A DNA stretch of 64,000 nucleotides from Syntrophales bacterium. Its GTDB lineage: Bacteria > Desulfobacterota > Syntrophia > Syntrophales > UBA6807. The translations under genes were made by a program, and so were the position numbers. Every line of letters begins with the position of its first letter. The first letter of the stretch is position 1. Shown here one piece after another: positions 16,492 through 25,606 of this stretch. The notes below the pieces were generated by a model. That model did no database searches, was not told where the DNA came from, and saw nothing but the letters and a program-made list of their open reading frames with translations. Location: contig JAXGPA010000001.1 of assembly GCA_040767195.1 (NCBI GenBank), positions 320,001 to 384,000 on the forward strand, in the 5' to 3' direction.

Positions 16492-17325
16492 TCAATGCGT
16501 TTTGAGGAAGCCCCTGCGGCCGGCACCCCCCCGGACGACCCGGGATATCTCGGAACCCAGGGCATCGAAGGTTTTCCTGTCGAAAAGACAGAACTTCGAC
16601 CGAATGAGCGCCTTTTCCTCTTCCGGCGTGTTTTGAAGTCTAAAATAGAATTCGTGGCTGTCGACAAAATTCATGCAACCGAAAAAGCCGATCGCGTCAC
16701 CGATCTTCCTCAACCTGCTCTGAACGGACTCGAGGTACCTGTCGGACATCCGTTCGGACTGGACAAGGTTTTCCAGAAAGAGGGGCAGGAGGGGTTTTCC
16801 CTTCGTCTCCAGGGTCGTTTCCTCTTTCAGCCACCGGATGACGCCCCCCCGGTTTTCCGCCGTGCCTCCGAACTGCTCCGTGAGATTCCCGTGCCGTTCC
16901 TTCACCATGACACCGCCCCCGTTTCGGATATGGACAAGGATGCGCCGGGGATTCACGAGGAGATCCCCGGCCGCGGAAAATTCGAAATTGTCAGCATAAT
17001 TTCCCGCGCAGTAAAGGGCCAGCTCATTGAGCCGTGCATAGGTCAGCCAGTAAAGGGCCGGATTATCCTGTGGGAAACGCTCCAGTTCCTTCCGTCTTTG
17101 GTCCAGAAAGCCTTCGTTCAGCCTGACCAGGGAGGCGGTTTTCTCAAGAAAACCGTTATACCGAATCCAGGACCCCGTGTGCCGGTCCAACCGTCCCGCC
17201 GCCATAACCGATGACACTCGATGACACCTCCTGGAAATCCTTTTATGGTCTCTGTAATCACAGGCCAGGCCGCTGCACGGATGAACGCCTTCCGATCGTA
17301 CGGCCGGTGGAATCGCCGTTTTCAT
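16492..17325 (-). CDS. Hypothetical protein
   Basis: Protein-like composition from about residue 40 on ('YCAGNYADNFEFSAAGDLLVNPRR'); true start may be downstream of 17325; no family recognised. Confidence 0.6.
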   Translation of the reverse strand: MKTAIPPAVRSEGVHPCSGLACDYRDHKRISRRCHRVSSVMAAGRLDRHTGSWIRYNGFLEKTASLVRLNEGFLDQRRKELERFPQDNPALYWLTYARLNELALYCAGNYADNFEFSAAGDLLVNPRRILVHIRNGGGVMVKERHGNLTEQFGGTAENRGGVIRWLKEETTLETKGKPLLPLFLENLVQSERMSDRYLESVQSRLRKIGDAIGFFGCMNFVDSHEFYFRLQNTPEEEKALIRSKFCLFDRKTFDALGSEISRVVRGGAGRRGFLKTH

Positions 17326-17684
17326 ACGCTATCCGGGACCCGTTGTCAAACGAAACGAACCCGGACCCGTTCGAGGTTTTTAATTAAAGATACTCGTTAT
17401 TTCTTTAGCCAGGCTATAAATGTGCTTATTTATACATATTGACATACCCACAACAATTGAATATTTTTTAATTAATTGCTTCTGACGCCGGAAATTCCGC
17501 CTCCACCTCGCCATCAATTTCAGTTTGTTGTTTTCACCAATGCCATCCTCCTCCTACACCGCTTCTTCGACCGCCCTCTCCAAACAGTCCGGGAAAAGGG
17601 CATGAGGGAAACAGAGCCGTCGCTGTGCCGTTCATTGAGGGACTCCGTACGAGAAGGGTCTTGTTTCACGGAAAGGAGGTCAAC

Positions 17685-19421
17685 ATGGACAGGATATTGA
17701 GAATCAACATGGGAGCGAAGGGCGGTCCCGCGGTAAGGGAAGAGGCGCCCGGATCCTATGAAGGCCTCGGGGGCAGGGCCCTCACGTCGGCCATCGTCTC
17801 TGCCGAGGTTCCTCCCCTGTGTCATCCCCTGGGCGGGGACAACAAGCTGGTCATCGCGCCGGGGCTTTTGAGCGGCACCATCGCCGCCATGTCGGGGAGA
17901 CTCTCCGTGGGATGCAAGAGCCCCCTCACCGGCGGGATCAAGGAAGCCAACGCGGGAGGACAAGCCGCCCAGGTCATGGGGCGCCTGGGTTACCGGGCCA
18001 TCGTCCTGGAAGGAAAGCCGGAAGAGGATGTCCCTTACGAAATCTACATCAACAAGGATGGCGTGAGGATCGAAAAGGACGAAAGCCTGAGAATGCTCGG
18101 CAACTATGAACTCGTCGACAGGATGAAGGAAAGGCACGGCGACCGCATCGCCTGCATCTCCATCGGGCCGGCGGGCGAGATGAAAATGGCCGCCGCCTCG
18201 GTAGCCTGCACCGACATGGAACTCCGGCCCACCCGGCATGCCGGCCGGGGCGGCGTCGGGGCCGTCATGGGGGCCAAGGGGGTCAAGGTCATCGTCCTCG
18301 ACGACACGGGGATGGGCATGCGTGAGCCGAAAGACCCGGAAAAATTCAAGGAGGCCAACAGGCGCTGGGTGGCGGGCCTCAGGCAGCACGCCGTCACCGG
18401 CGAGGCCCTCCCGGCCTACGGGACGAATGTCCTCGCCAACGTCATCAACGAGGCGGGAGCTTATCCCACGAAGAACTTCATGTGGGGCCGATTCGACGGC
18501 TGTCAAGCCATCAGCGGGGAAACCCAGGCGGCCCTCGAAGAATCCCGGGGAGGCCTGCCCACTCATGGATGCCACCGGGGCTGCGTCATCCGGTGCTCCG
18601 GTGTTTACATGGACAAGGACGGCCATTATCTGACCAAGCAGCCCGAGTACGAGACGGTGTGGGCTCACGGGGCGAACTGCGGCATCGACGATCTCGACGC
18701 CATCGCCATGCTGGACCGGCTCGATGACGATTACGGCCTCGATACCATCGAGATGGGCGCCACCGTCGCCGTGGCCATGGAGGCCGGCATTGCCGAATTC
18801 GGAGATGCCGAGGGCGCCATCCGGCTTATCCACGAAGTCGGCAAAGGCACCCCCCTGGGCCGGATCCTCGGAAACGGGGCCGCCGTGACGGGAAAGGCCT
18901 TCGGCGTGGAGAGGGTTCCCGTCGTCAAGGGGCAGGCCATGCCGGCTTACGACCCCCGGGGTATCCAGGGCATCGGCGTGACCTACGCCACGAGCACCAT
19001 GGGGGCGGACCACACGGCGGGATACGCCGTGACGGCAAACATCCTGAAGGTGGGCGGGTATGTGGATCCCCTCAAGCCGGCGGGACAGATCGAACTGTCC
19101 CGGAATCTCCAGGTCGCGACGGCCGCCGTGGACTCGACGGGCATGTGCCTCTTTGTCGCTTTTGCGGTCCTGGACCAGCCGGAAACCTTTCAGGCCATGC
19201 TGGACCTTCTCAATGCCTTTTACGGCCTTTCCCTCACGGCGGACGACTTTTTCGCCATAGGGAGAAAGGTCCTCGCATCGGAAAGGGATTTCAACGCCCG
19301 CGCCGGATTCACGAAAGAACACGACCGGCTGCCCGAATACTTCAAGAAGGAGCTTCTGCCGCCCCACAACATCACATTCCAGGTGAAGGACGAAGAACTG
19401 GACCAGCTCTTCAACTGGTAG
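17685..19421 (+). CDS. aor: Tungsten-dependent aldehyde:ferredoxin oxidoreductase
   Basis: 'GLGGRALTS', 'KSPLTGGIKEANAGG', 'SIGPAGE', 'GRGGVGAVMGAKG.K', 'GCHRGCVIRC', 'EYET', 'DDYGLDTI', 'YDPR', 'GADHT'; RBS AAAGGAGG. Confidence 0.95.
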   Translation: MDRILRINMGAKGGPAVREEAPGSYEGLGGRALTSAIVSAEVPPLCHPLGGDNKLVIAPGLLSGTIAAMSGRLSVGCKSPLTGGIKEANAGGQAAQVMGRLGYRAIVLEGKPEEDVPYEIYINKDGVRIEKDESLRMLGNYELVDRMKERHGDRIACISIGPAGEMKMAAASVACTDMELRPTRHAGRGGVGAVMGAKGVKVIVLDDTGMGMREPKDPEKFKEANRRWVAGLRQHAVTGEALPAYGTNVLANVINEAGAYPTKNFMWGRFDGCQAISGETQAALEESRGGLPTHGCHRGCVIRCSGVYMDKDGHYLTKQPEYETVWAHGANCGIDDLDAIAMLDRLDDDYGLDTIEMGATVAVAMEAGIAEFGDAEGAIRLIHEVGKGTPLGRILGNGAAVTGKAFGVERVPVVKGQAMPAYDPRGIQGIGVTYATSTMGADHTAGYAVTANILKVGGYVDPLKPAGQIELSRNLQVATAAVDSTGMCLFVAFAVLDQPETFQAMLDLLNAFYGLSLTADDFFAIGRKVLASERDFNARAGFTKEHDRLPEYFKKELLPPHNITFQVKDEELDQLFNW

Positions 19422-19531
19422 GGGGCAGACGGGTCCCGGAATGACTGACAGGAGGGAGGAACGGCGAAATCCTCCCTCCGTCTTTTGACCGACGTTACCC
19501 TTCCCGTTACCCGGCAAAAAGAGACAAACCG

Positions 19532-20152
19532 ATGAAAGACGATGTGCGCCCCGGACAAGATTCGGTCAGGCTGATTCTCCCCGGAAAGTATATGACCCCC
19601 TTTCTTCCTCTTCTGCAGAAGGGGGTCGCCGTAAAGACCCGGGTGGGTGTGACCGTGGCGGACTTTCTTTGCGGGCACTTCGGGTTGTCCCCTGAATACG
19701 TCCGGAAAAGGATTCAGACGATCTTTCTGGACGGGGAACCGGTGGACGACGAAGACAGCGCCCGGATCCGGGATGGTGCCGTTCTCGCCCTTTCATCGGC
19801 CATGCCCGGGCTCCTCGGCGCCACGTTGCGGAAAGGGAGCCCCTTTCAAGCCATGCGCCGGGAAATTTCCCACCGGGAGAACCGTCCCGGGGGAGTGGAG
19901 GAAAACAGACAGGGAACGGTGACCGTCAAGCTCTTCAACTTCATGATCCCGGAAATGGCCGGAATCGTTCTCCGGCGGGGGGTCACACTGGAAAGAAGGG
20001 CATTCGGCAAGATCCTTGGAAAGATCCTCGAAGAAGCCGGGAATCATCCCGTGTCCGCCGAAAAAAATCATGAGAAAATCGGCCTGCGGGACTTGAGGGA
20101 CAGGATGGAGAAAACCCCGGGAACCGTCTTCCTCCAGATCGAAAAACGATAG
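19532..20152 (+). CDS. AOR-associated hypothetical protein with internal ThiS/MoaD-like segment
   Basis: 'TVADFL...IQTIFLDGEPVDD.....IRDGAVLALSSAMPG' parallels the beta-grasp pattern of MoaD; directly downstream of aor. Confidence 0.65.
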   Translation: MKDDVRPGQDSVRLILPGKYMTPFLPLLQKGVAVKTRVGVTVADFLCGHFGLSPEYVRKRIQTIFLDGEPVDDEDSARIRDGAVLALSSAMPGLLGATLRKGSPFQAMRREISHRENRPGGVEENRQGTVTVKLFNFMIPEMAGIVLRRGVTLERRAFGKILGKILEEAGNHPVSAEKNHEKIGLRDLRDRMEKTPGTVFLQIEKR

Positions 20153-20164
20153 ATCCGGTTTTGT

Positions 20165-20407
20165 CTATCCCCCGGCGACGGGAGGGAACACGCCGACCCG
20201 GTCCCCTTCCTTCGGGACCTCATCAACGGTCCCGTGAACACCGTTCAGAAAAACCATCTTGACCGAATCGAGGGGTACGCCCAGGCTTTTCAGGATTTCC
20301 CGGATGGTCACCCCCGGCTCCACCTCCAGAAACCTCGGCCCCCGGCCCTCGCCGGCCGGTGCATAGGGAGCCAGGGAAGCATAAAGATTGATTTCAATCC
20401 GCATCAT
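20165..20407 (-). CDS. MoaD/ThiS-family sulfur carrier protein
   Basis: 80 aa, 'VFLNG', 'KEGDRVGVFPPVAGG' with C-terminal Gly-Gly. Confidence 0.92.
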   Translation of the reverse strand: MMRIEINLYASLAPYAPAGEGRGPRFLEVEPGVTIREILKSLGVPLDSVKMVFLNGVHGTVDEVPKEGDRVGVFPPVAGG

Positions 20408-20522
20408 TTTCCTTCAATTCCGAAATAACCTTTTGTATTATACAGTCTGCCCCCTCGTTTGAACAGTCCCGGTCATAAGGAAACCCAAGGAGGGCGGAAG
20501 GCGGCATGGAAGGACAGCGCCC

Positions 20523-21389
20523 ATGGAAAAGGCCATCTTCTCCCTGTCTTTTAAGACCACCGATCAGGCGGGACGAAGTGTCCGGTGCCTGAAGGAAGAG
20601 CAGGCCCTGGAAATCGCCCGCCGTCACCACTGCACCCTCCGCGGCGTCTATCGTAAGGCCCTTAAAAACAATATTATCCCGTACCGTTACATCCGAAACC
20701 GAACCACTCTGTCCATAAAGGAGCAGCTCAAGCTCCTCGAATCGGACGTCGCCGTCGTCGGGGCAGGCGGTCTCGGCGGACTTGTCGTGGAGATTCTCGC
20801 CCGAACGGGCATCGGCGGGCTTATCCTCATCGACGACGACATCCTCGAGGAAACGAACCTGAACCGCCAGGTCCTCTCCTCGAAAGACACCCTGGGCCTG
20901 TCGAAGGCGCAGACGGGCGCTTCCAGGGTCAGGACCGTCAACCCCGCCGTGGACACGGTGCTGCATCGGAAAAAAATCAATGAGGACAACGGAAAGGAAC
21001 TTCTCGCCGGTACCGCCGTGATCGTCGACGCTCTCGACACCATCGGCGACCGCCTGGCCCTGGAAAAAACGGCCCGGGCCCTGAACATCCCCCTGGTCCA
21101 CGGCGCCGTGGCGGGCTTCGAGGGCCACGTCATGACCGTTTTTCCGGAAGATCAGGGGCTCGCCCTCCTGTACGGCGTAACGTCTCTTCCCGAGTCGGAG
21201 AAACAGAACGCCGAGGCCGTTCTCGGCGTGCCCGCCGCGACCCCCTTTGTCATCGCCGCCCTTCAAGCCATGGAAGTTGTAAAAATCATCCTCCAGCGAG
21301 GCGACCTTTTCCGGAACAGGATGCTGCACGCCGACCTGGAGACCGGCCGCTTCAGCGAATTCTCTTTTCCCGAAAGGACACGGAAATGA
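20523..21389 (+). CDS. ThiF/MoeB/HesA-family adenylyltransferase
   Basis: 'YRYIRN', 'VAVVGAGGLGG', 'IDDDILEETNLNRQ', 'VDALD', 'IPLVHGAVAG'; divergent from the MoaD-like gene. Confidence 0.9.
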   Translation: MEKAIFSLSFKTTDQAGRSVRCLKEEQALEIARRHHCTLRGVYRKALKNNIIPYRYIRNRTTLSIKEQLKLLESDVAVVGAGGLGGLVVEILARTGIGGLILIDDDILEETNLNRQVLSSKDTLGLSKAQTGASRVRTVNPAVDTVLHRKKINEDNGKELLAGTAVIVDALDTIGDRLALEKTARALNIPLVHGAVAGFEGHVMTVFPEDQGLALLYGVTSLPESEKQNAEAVLGVPAATPFVIAALQAMEVVKIILQRGDLFRNRMLHADLETGRFSEFSFPERTRK

Positions 21390-21455
21390 CCGGCTCAAAA
21401 AAATCTGATAATCGTGCTGACGTTCTTCCTCACCAGTGTTCCTGTCATTCTTCTT

Positions 21456-21890
21456 TCAGTCCGCCTGTCCTTTCCCCACGATGAACTTGCCTTTGAAGTA
21501 CTTTTTCCTGATGTTGCCAGCCTCTTCCTCGATCCAGCGGTCAAGGCCGACCTTCCTGATCCTGCAAAGGTTGTAGACTTTCATGTTGTGGGGATACCGG
21601 GCCGCCTGGTCTGCCGTCGGAGCCAGGAAAAGGCAGGGAAAGTCGGCACAGGCGAAACAATAATCCACACCCTTTTCCTTGACGCAGTCCAGGGTCGCGC
21701 ATCCCGCCTGAGGCAGATGAAAATGCTTCCCGTCCTGCTGAAGGCATCCACCACAGGCGATCTCTTCCTTCGGGACACCCATCTTGACGTGAATCGCCTG
21801 GACCAGTTCGGGCGTGAGGTTGTCCTGAAAAAGCTCACAGTTGAAACAGTCCAATCCGCACGGGGCCGTCAGGGCTTTCTTGTCCATCAC
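21456..21890 (-). CDS. Cys-rich DUF3795-like protein
   Basis: 'APCGLDCFNC...C.GC...C....C...KGVDYCF.C.DFPC'. Confidence 0.75.
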   Translation of the reverse strand: MMDKKALTAPCGLDCFNCELFQDNLTPELVQAIHVKMGVPKEEIACGGCLQQDGKHFHLPQAGCATLDCVKEKGVDYCFACADFPCLFLAPTADQAARYPHNMKVYNLCRIRKVGLDRWIEEEAGNIRKKYFKGKFIVGKGQAD

Positions 21891-22011
21891 AAATCCTCCT
21901 TCATAATCGTTTTAAAAGGGACATGCCGTTTTTCATGCGATGTTACCCTGTACAATCACGCATTAACTCTTATACCAGTTAGTTGTGTACGAGATACAAC
22001 CGCAAAAATTT

Positions 22012-22428
22012 TTATCCCGACTCCCTGACCTTGCTCAAGAGACTTCGCAAAGCGACTTCCTCGCTTACATTAAAGTCTTTTAAAAACGCCCTGTTCGCTT
22101 CTTCCATCAGCTCAGCGACTTTTTCTCCTGCTTCGCGGCCTTTCTCCGTCAGGTGTATCCGGATGGACCGCCGGTCATCGGGATTCTGCCTTCGTTGAAC
22201 AAACCCTGCTCCTTCAAGTCGGTCAATGACGCCGGTCAGCGTTGCGCTGTCGAGGTCCGTTTTCTTGCCCAGTTCGCTCGACGTCTGGCGATCATTGTCA
22301 TGGAGAAAGCGAATGACAACCCCCTGTACGGCGGTCAAGCCCAGCAAGGACACCCTTTTGAGCCAGAAACGGGTCCCCGCCTGGCTGGCCTTGGCAAGTT
22401 GAAAAAAAATGCATTCCTCGGCCTTCAT
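22012..22428 (-). CDS. MarR-family transcriptional regulator
   Basis: 'LTAVQ', 'SATLTGVIDRLE..GFV.R..NPDDRRSIRIHLTEKG'. Confidence 0.95.
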   Translation of the reverse strand: MKAEECIFFQLAKASQAGTRFWLKRVSLLGLTAVQGVVIRFLHDNDRQTSSELGKKTDLDSATLTGVIDRLEGAGFVQRRQNPDDRRSIRIHLTEKGREAGEKVAELMEEANRAFLKDFNVSEEVALRSLLSKVRESG

Positions 22429-23005
22429 GGATGCCTCTCTGTTTTACTTCTAAACATAATACTTGCGTACAAGCATATTGGCCTCGCAGGAATCTGTCAA
22501 TATTATTTTTTTCCAATGAAAAACAGGCTTATGTTTCCTTTCCCGTTCTTTCTTATCTGGTCCATTAATTCACGTGAAGAAATGGAAGCAACTTGGTCTC
22601 GTGGGGTCACTCATATCCTCGGGTTACGGTGTTTTTGCAACATTCCTCGACAACGATCAAGGAAGACGCTTTTTGCCTGATGATGCCTTGAGAGCGTCCG
22701 GTAATAAAATGTCTTCCCTTTCGGGAAACCATGTAAAATCAAGCCCCTTTTTTATCGTCCCGTTTTCTCACGGAACTTGGTAGATTTGTTCTTGACTTTC
22801 TTCAAGAGTCAAGAGCATGAAATGACAAATAATGATTTTGTCGATGCGTTGACGGTGGATCGAACCTCTGACGAGGGGTGATGCCATGAAGACTTCACGG
22901 AAACCCGTTTATCAGAAGAGAGCTTTGTTTTTTTAGATTGAATTCGGTGTAACGTTCGAGGTCCTCGACGGGGCTCGAAAAAAAACTAATTGCAGGAGTA
23001 TCGCC

Positions 23006-23470
23006 ATGAAAAGGCTGTTTTGGGTGCTCGTCGGTATGGCGCTCATGGGTCTCATGGCATGGTTCGCCATGCCATCATTGATGCTTGTCACATACAGGAG
23101 CAACCGGAGCTACGACGACACGGTCGCTGTCTTGAGCGAAGCCCTGAAGAATAGGCAGGACTGGCGGGTGCTGACCATAAACGATTATCAGAAGAGTACG
23201 GCGTCCTTCGGCTCCCTGGAGCGCGTCGGCAGCTTGAGCATCTGCAATCCACGCTACGCTTCCAAGATTCTTTCCGACGATACAAACCGCTCCGTTTCAG
23301 CCTTCATGCCATTGGCCATCGGGGTCTATGAAGACAGAAGCGGCCAGGTGTTTGTCTCTCGACTCAATTTTGAGCTCATGGGCATGATGTTCGGTGGTAC
23401 GATCGCCGATGTGATGGGGATGGCCGGCACAGACCTGAAGGCTGTCATCGAATCGGTTCCCGCCAAGTGA
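23006..23470 (+). CDS. DUF302-like protein with N-terminal TM/signal helix
   Basis: 'SYDDTV..L', 'ICNPRYASKIL...SAFMPL.IGVYE...GQVFVSRLN'; RBS AGGAG. Confidence 0.75.
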   Translation: MKRLFWVLVGMALMGLMAWFAMPSLMLVTYRSNRSYDDTVAVLSEALKNRQDWRVLTINDYQKSTASFGSLERVGSLSICNPRYASKILSDDTNRSVSAFMPLAIGVYEDRSGQVFVSRLNFELMGMMFGGTIADVMGMAGTDLKAVIESVPAK

Positions 23471-23554
23471 ATGGTTTTTTCTCCGAAAAGGGCCACAGGA
23501 CGAGATCTGCTTTTTCACAATGAATTATCGGTTCCGCGGAGAATCGTAAAGCGT

Positions 23555-23583
23555 AAAAAAAACGGCCTCCCATGCGGGAGGCC
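23555..23583 (-). terminator. Rho-independent terminator after tRNA-Lys
   Basis: GGCCTCCC-N4-GGGAGGCC stem with an 8-nt U-tract on the minus strand. Confidence 0.85.
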
Positions 23584-23590
23584 CTGTGAA

Positions 23591-23667
23591 TGGTGGGCCG
23601 TACCGGATTCGAACCGGTGGCCAACGGATTAAAAGTCCGCTGCTCTACCGAGCTGAGCTAACGGCCC
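23591..23667 (-). tRNA. tRNA-Lys(UUU)
   Basis: GGGCCGTTAGCTCAGCTCGGTAGAGCAGCGGACTTTTAATCCGTTGGCCACCGGTTCGAATCCGGTACGGCCCACCA: cloverleaf, anticodon TTT, TTCGAAT loop, encoded CCA. Confidence 0.97.
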
Positions 23668-23689
23668 TGAGTCTGTCGATAAGTGCCCG

Positions 23690-23719
23690 TTTTTAACAGG
23701 AAGCATTTCCCGTTGTCAA
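23690..23719 (-). promoter_or_regulatory. Sigma70-type promoter for tRNA-Lys
   Basis: TTGACA (23719-23714), 17-18 nt spacer, then TG-TTAAAA(C). Confidence 0.6.
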
Positions 23720-23811
23720 GGAGAAAACACGCGTGGACAGGAATTTCTCTATTTGTTAAAATGGATTAAGTTTTCGCAGCCCCCTTGTGAAAAGGTGTTG
23801 AAAGGGATTTC

Positions 23812-24738
23812 ATGACAGACAGGATGAAGAAGAGCATCCGGAATTTCCTTCTTCGCGAAGGAGCCGGGATGGTGGGGTTCGCTTCCCCGGACACCTGGGA
23901 CGCCCGGGGTGATGTGGCCGTGGAAAACCGGCCCCGGTCCCTGTGGCCACCCGTCCGAACAGTTATCACCTTCGGCGTCCAGATGCCCCTTCCAATTGTG
24001 GAAACCACCCCGTCGGTTCAGCACCGGGACCTGTACAACACCTGCAACCGCATTCTCGATGACCTGGCCTTCCGTCTCGTGCTCTCGTTGAGCCGCCAGG
24101 GACATGCCGCCATCCCTTTCAGCAGGGACGGCTACGCCCGGGTGGATGTCCTGCTGAAAAAACCCGGGGCCGCCTTTGCCCACACGTATGCCGCCCAATA
24201 CGGCGGCCTGGGACATGCGGGCCTCAACAACACGATTCTCACGAAAGAATTCGGCCCAAGGGTCCGTTTCACCTCTGTCTTTACGAGCCTTGAAATCACC
24301 GCCGATGACCCCTTTGTTGAAAACCTCTGCATCCGCTGCGGCGCCTGCGTGGATCTCTGCCCCGTTCAGGCCCTTACCTTGAGCCGAAAAGACATGAGGG
24401 ACAAGAGCGTGACGCTCGCCCGCTACAACGGAAGGCGGTGCGCCCTCTGGGCCAAAGCCCTGACGGCGGAAGGCTGCTATCCCTGCGGAATATGCATCAA
24501 GGTGTGCCCCGTCGGACGAGACCGGGTTCTCTACGGTCGGGAAAAAACGGCGGCCCACTATCGGAAGGAACTTTCCGCCCTGGCTGCCGGGACGGACGAT
24601 CCCCTGTACCGTGCCTGGACGGTCATCCGCCGTTACGGAAGCACCGTCACCGACGGCGGTGACACCCCTGAAGAAGGACTGAAGATTTTTTTTGAGAAGA
24701 CATCGAAAAACATAAAGGAAGACGAACATGAACAATAA
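23812..24738 (+). CDS. Epoxyqueuosine-reductase (QueG)-like 2x[4Fe-4S] protein
   Basis: 'AQYGGLGHAGLNN.ILTKEFGPRVRF.SVFT', 'CIRCGACVDLCP', 'C...PCGICIKVCP'. Confidence 0.8.
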   Translation: MTDRMKKSIRNFLLREGAGMVGFASPDTWDARGDVAVENRPRSLWPPVRTVITFGVQMPLPIVETTPSVQHRDLYNTCNRILDDLAFRLVLSLSRQGHAAIPFSRDGYARVDVLLKKPGAAFAHTYAAQYGGLGHAGLNNTILTKEFGPRVRFTSVFTSLEITADDPFVENLCIRCGACVDLCPVQALTLSRKDMRDKSVTLARYNGRRCALWAKALTAEGCYPCGICIKVCPVGRDRVLYGREKTAAHYRKELSALAAGTDDPLYRAWTVIRRYGSTVTDGGDTPEEGLKIFFEKTSKNIKEDEHEQ

Positions 24739-25387
24739 AAAGGATATGCCGGGAGCCCTGGCGAACTTCTGCGAACGCCTGCGGGAAAAACTGAAACAAG
24801 GAGACGGGGACGCCCTTTCCATGATTGAAAAGACCCGCCTCTTGTTTCCTGAACTGTCCCTGAATCGCAGCCTGTTTCAGAACGTGCTCCACGCTGTCGC
24901 CCGCGGTGAAGCCTTCCCCGACATCAGCTATCCCACCATGTTCGACAGCGAGATCATTCTCTTCAATGACCCGGAACGATACTTCACCATGAGGCTTTTT
25001 ATCTGGGGACCCGGGCAGTATGACCCTGTTCACGATCACAACGCCTGGGGCGTTATCGGGCCCGTCTCGGGGCATCTGGAGGTTATCAATTATGACAGGG
25101 CCGATGACGGCAGGACGGAAGGCCGGGCCGTCCTCAGGGAGCGGGACCGCATGACCATCGCACCGGGCGAGGATTATTACGTTCTTCCCCTGAACGCGGG
25201 CATCCACAGAACCGGTAACCCGTCGGAGGAGACCATCGTTCAGGTAAGTATTTACGGAAGGCCCTCGGTCAAGCGGGATTTCATTAACGGTTTCGATCCT
25301 GAAAACGACCGGGTCTATCCCATCTACGGCCCGAAGATGAAAAAGCGGAAACTCGCCGTGGAAGCGCTGGAACATTTCAGCCGGTAA
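24728..25387 (+). CDS. Cysteine-dioxygenase-family cupin
   Basis: 'FIWGPGQYDPVHDHNAWG', 'IHRTGN', 'VSIYG'; three-His metal site; overlaps the upstream gene by 11 bp. Confidence 0.8.
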   Translation: MNNKKDMPGALANFCERLREKLKQGDGDALSMIEKTRLLFPELSLNRSLFQNVLHAVARGEAFPDISYPTMFDSEIILFNDPERYFTMRLFIWGPGQYDPVHDHNAWGVIGPVSGHLEVINYDRADDGRTEGRAVLRERDRMTIAPGEDYYVLPLNAGIHRTGNPSEETIVQVSIYGRPSVKRDFINGFDPENDRVYPIYGPKMKKRKLAVEALEHFSR

Positions 25388-25459
25388 AGCAGCCGTTTGC
25401 GGTATTTTCCCGCGGATGCCGCACGAAGGGATTTTTTCCCCCTCCCCGTTCCACGCGCC

Positions 25460-25606
25460 TTGACAATCTCTCTTTTTTTATATATAGAAGGCTCACCTTT
25501 CACAGGGAATACCCTGAATAGAGTGCCCCTCTTTTAACCTCCGGTCTTCCGGAATGGTGAAGGAATCCTTTTTCCTTCATGAAATCTGTGAGGGAGGGAT
25601 CTTGCC
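25460..25606 (+). promoter_or_regulatory. Sigma70-type promoter plus structured 5' leader of the speD fusion
   Basis: TTGACA-N17-TATAGA; leader with three short hairpins and a closing helix CTTTCACAG/CTGTGAGGG reaching into the SD. Confidence 0.5.

Noticed and set aside
17540..17684. Possible Moco/W-cofactor riboswitch upstream of aor (ends GGAAAGGAG)
   Set aside because: The matching CUCCC arm and other conserved stems are not evident; GGAAAGGAG is explained by the SD. An Rfam scan would settle it.
17520..19517. Long antisense or alternate-frame ORFs (e.g. 17520..19517-, 29485..30969+, 37428..39014+, 45272..47089-, 47973..49514+, 49544..51220-, 51250..53034+)
   Set aside because: Shadow ORFs of well-supported genes in GC-rich DNA; no motifs and unnatural composition.
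22516..22783. Short ORFs between marR and the DUF302-like gene
   Set aside because: No RBS or family signal; at most decayed fragments.
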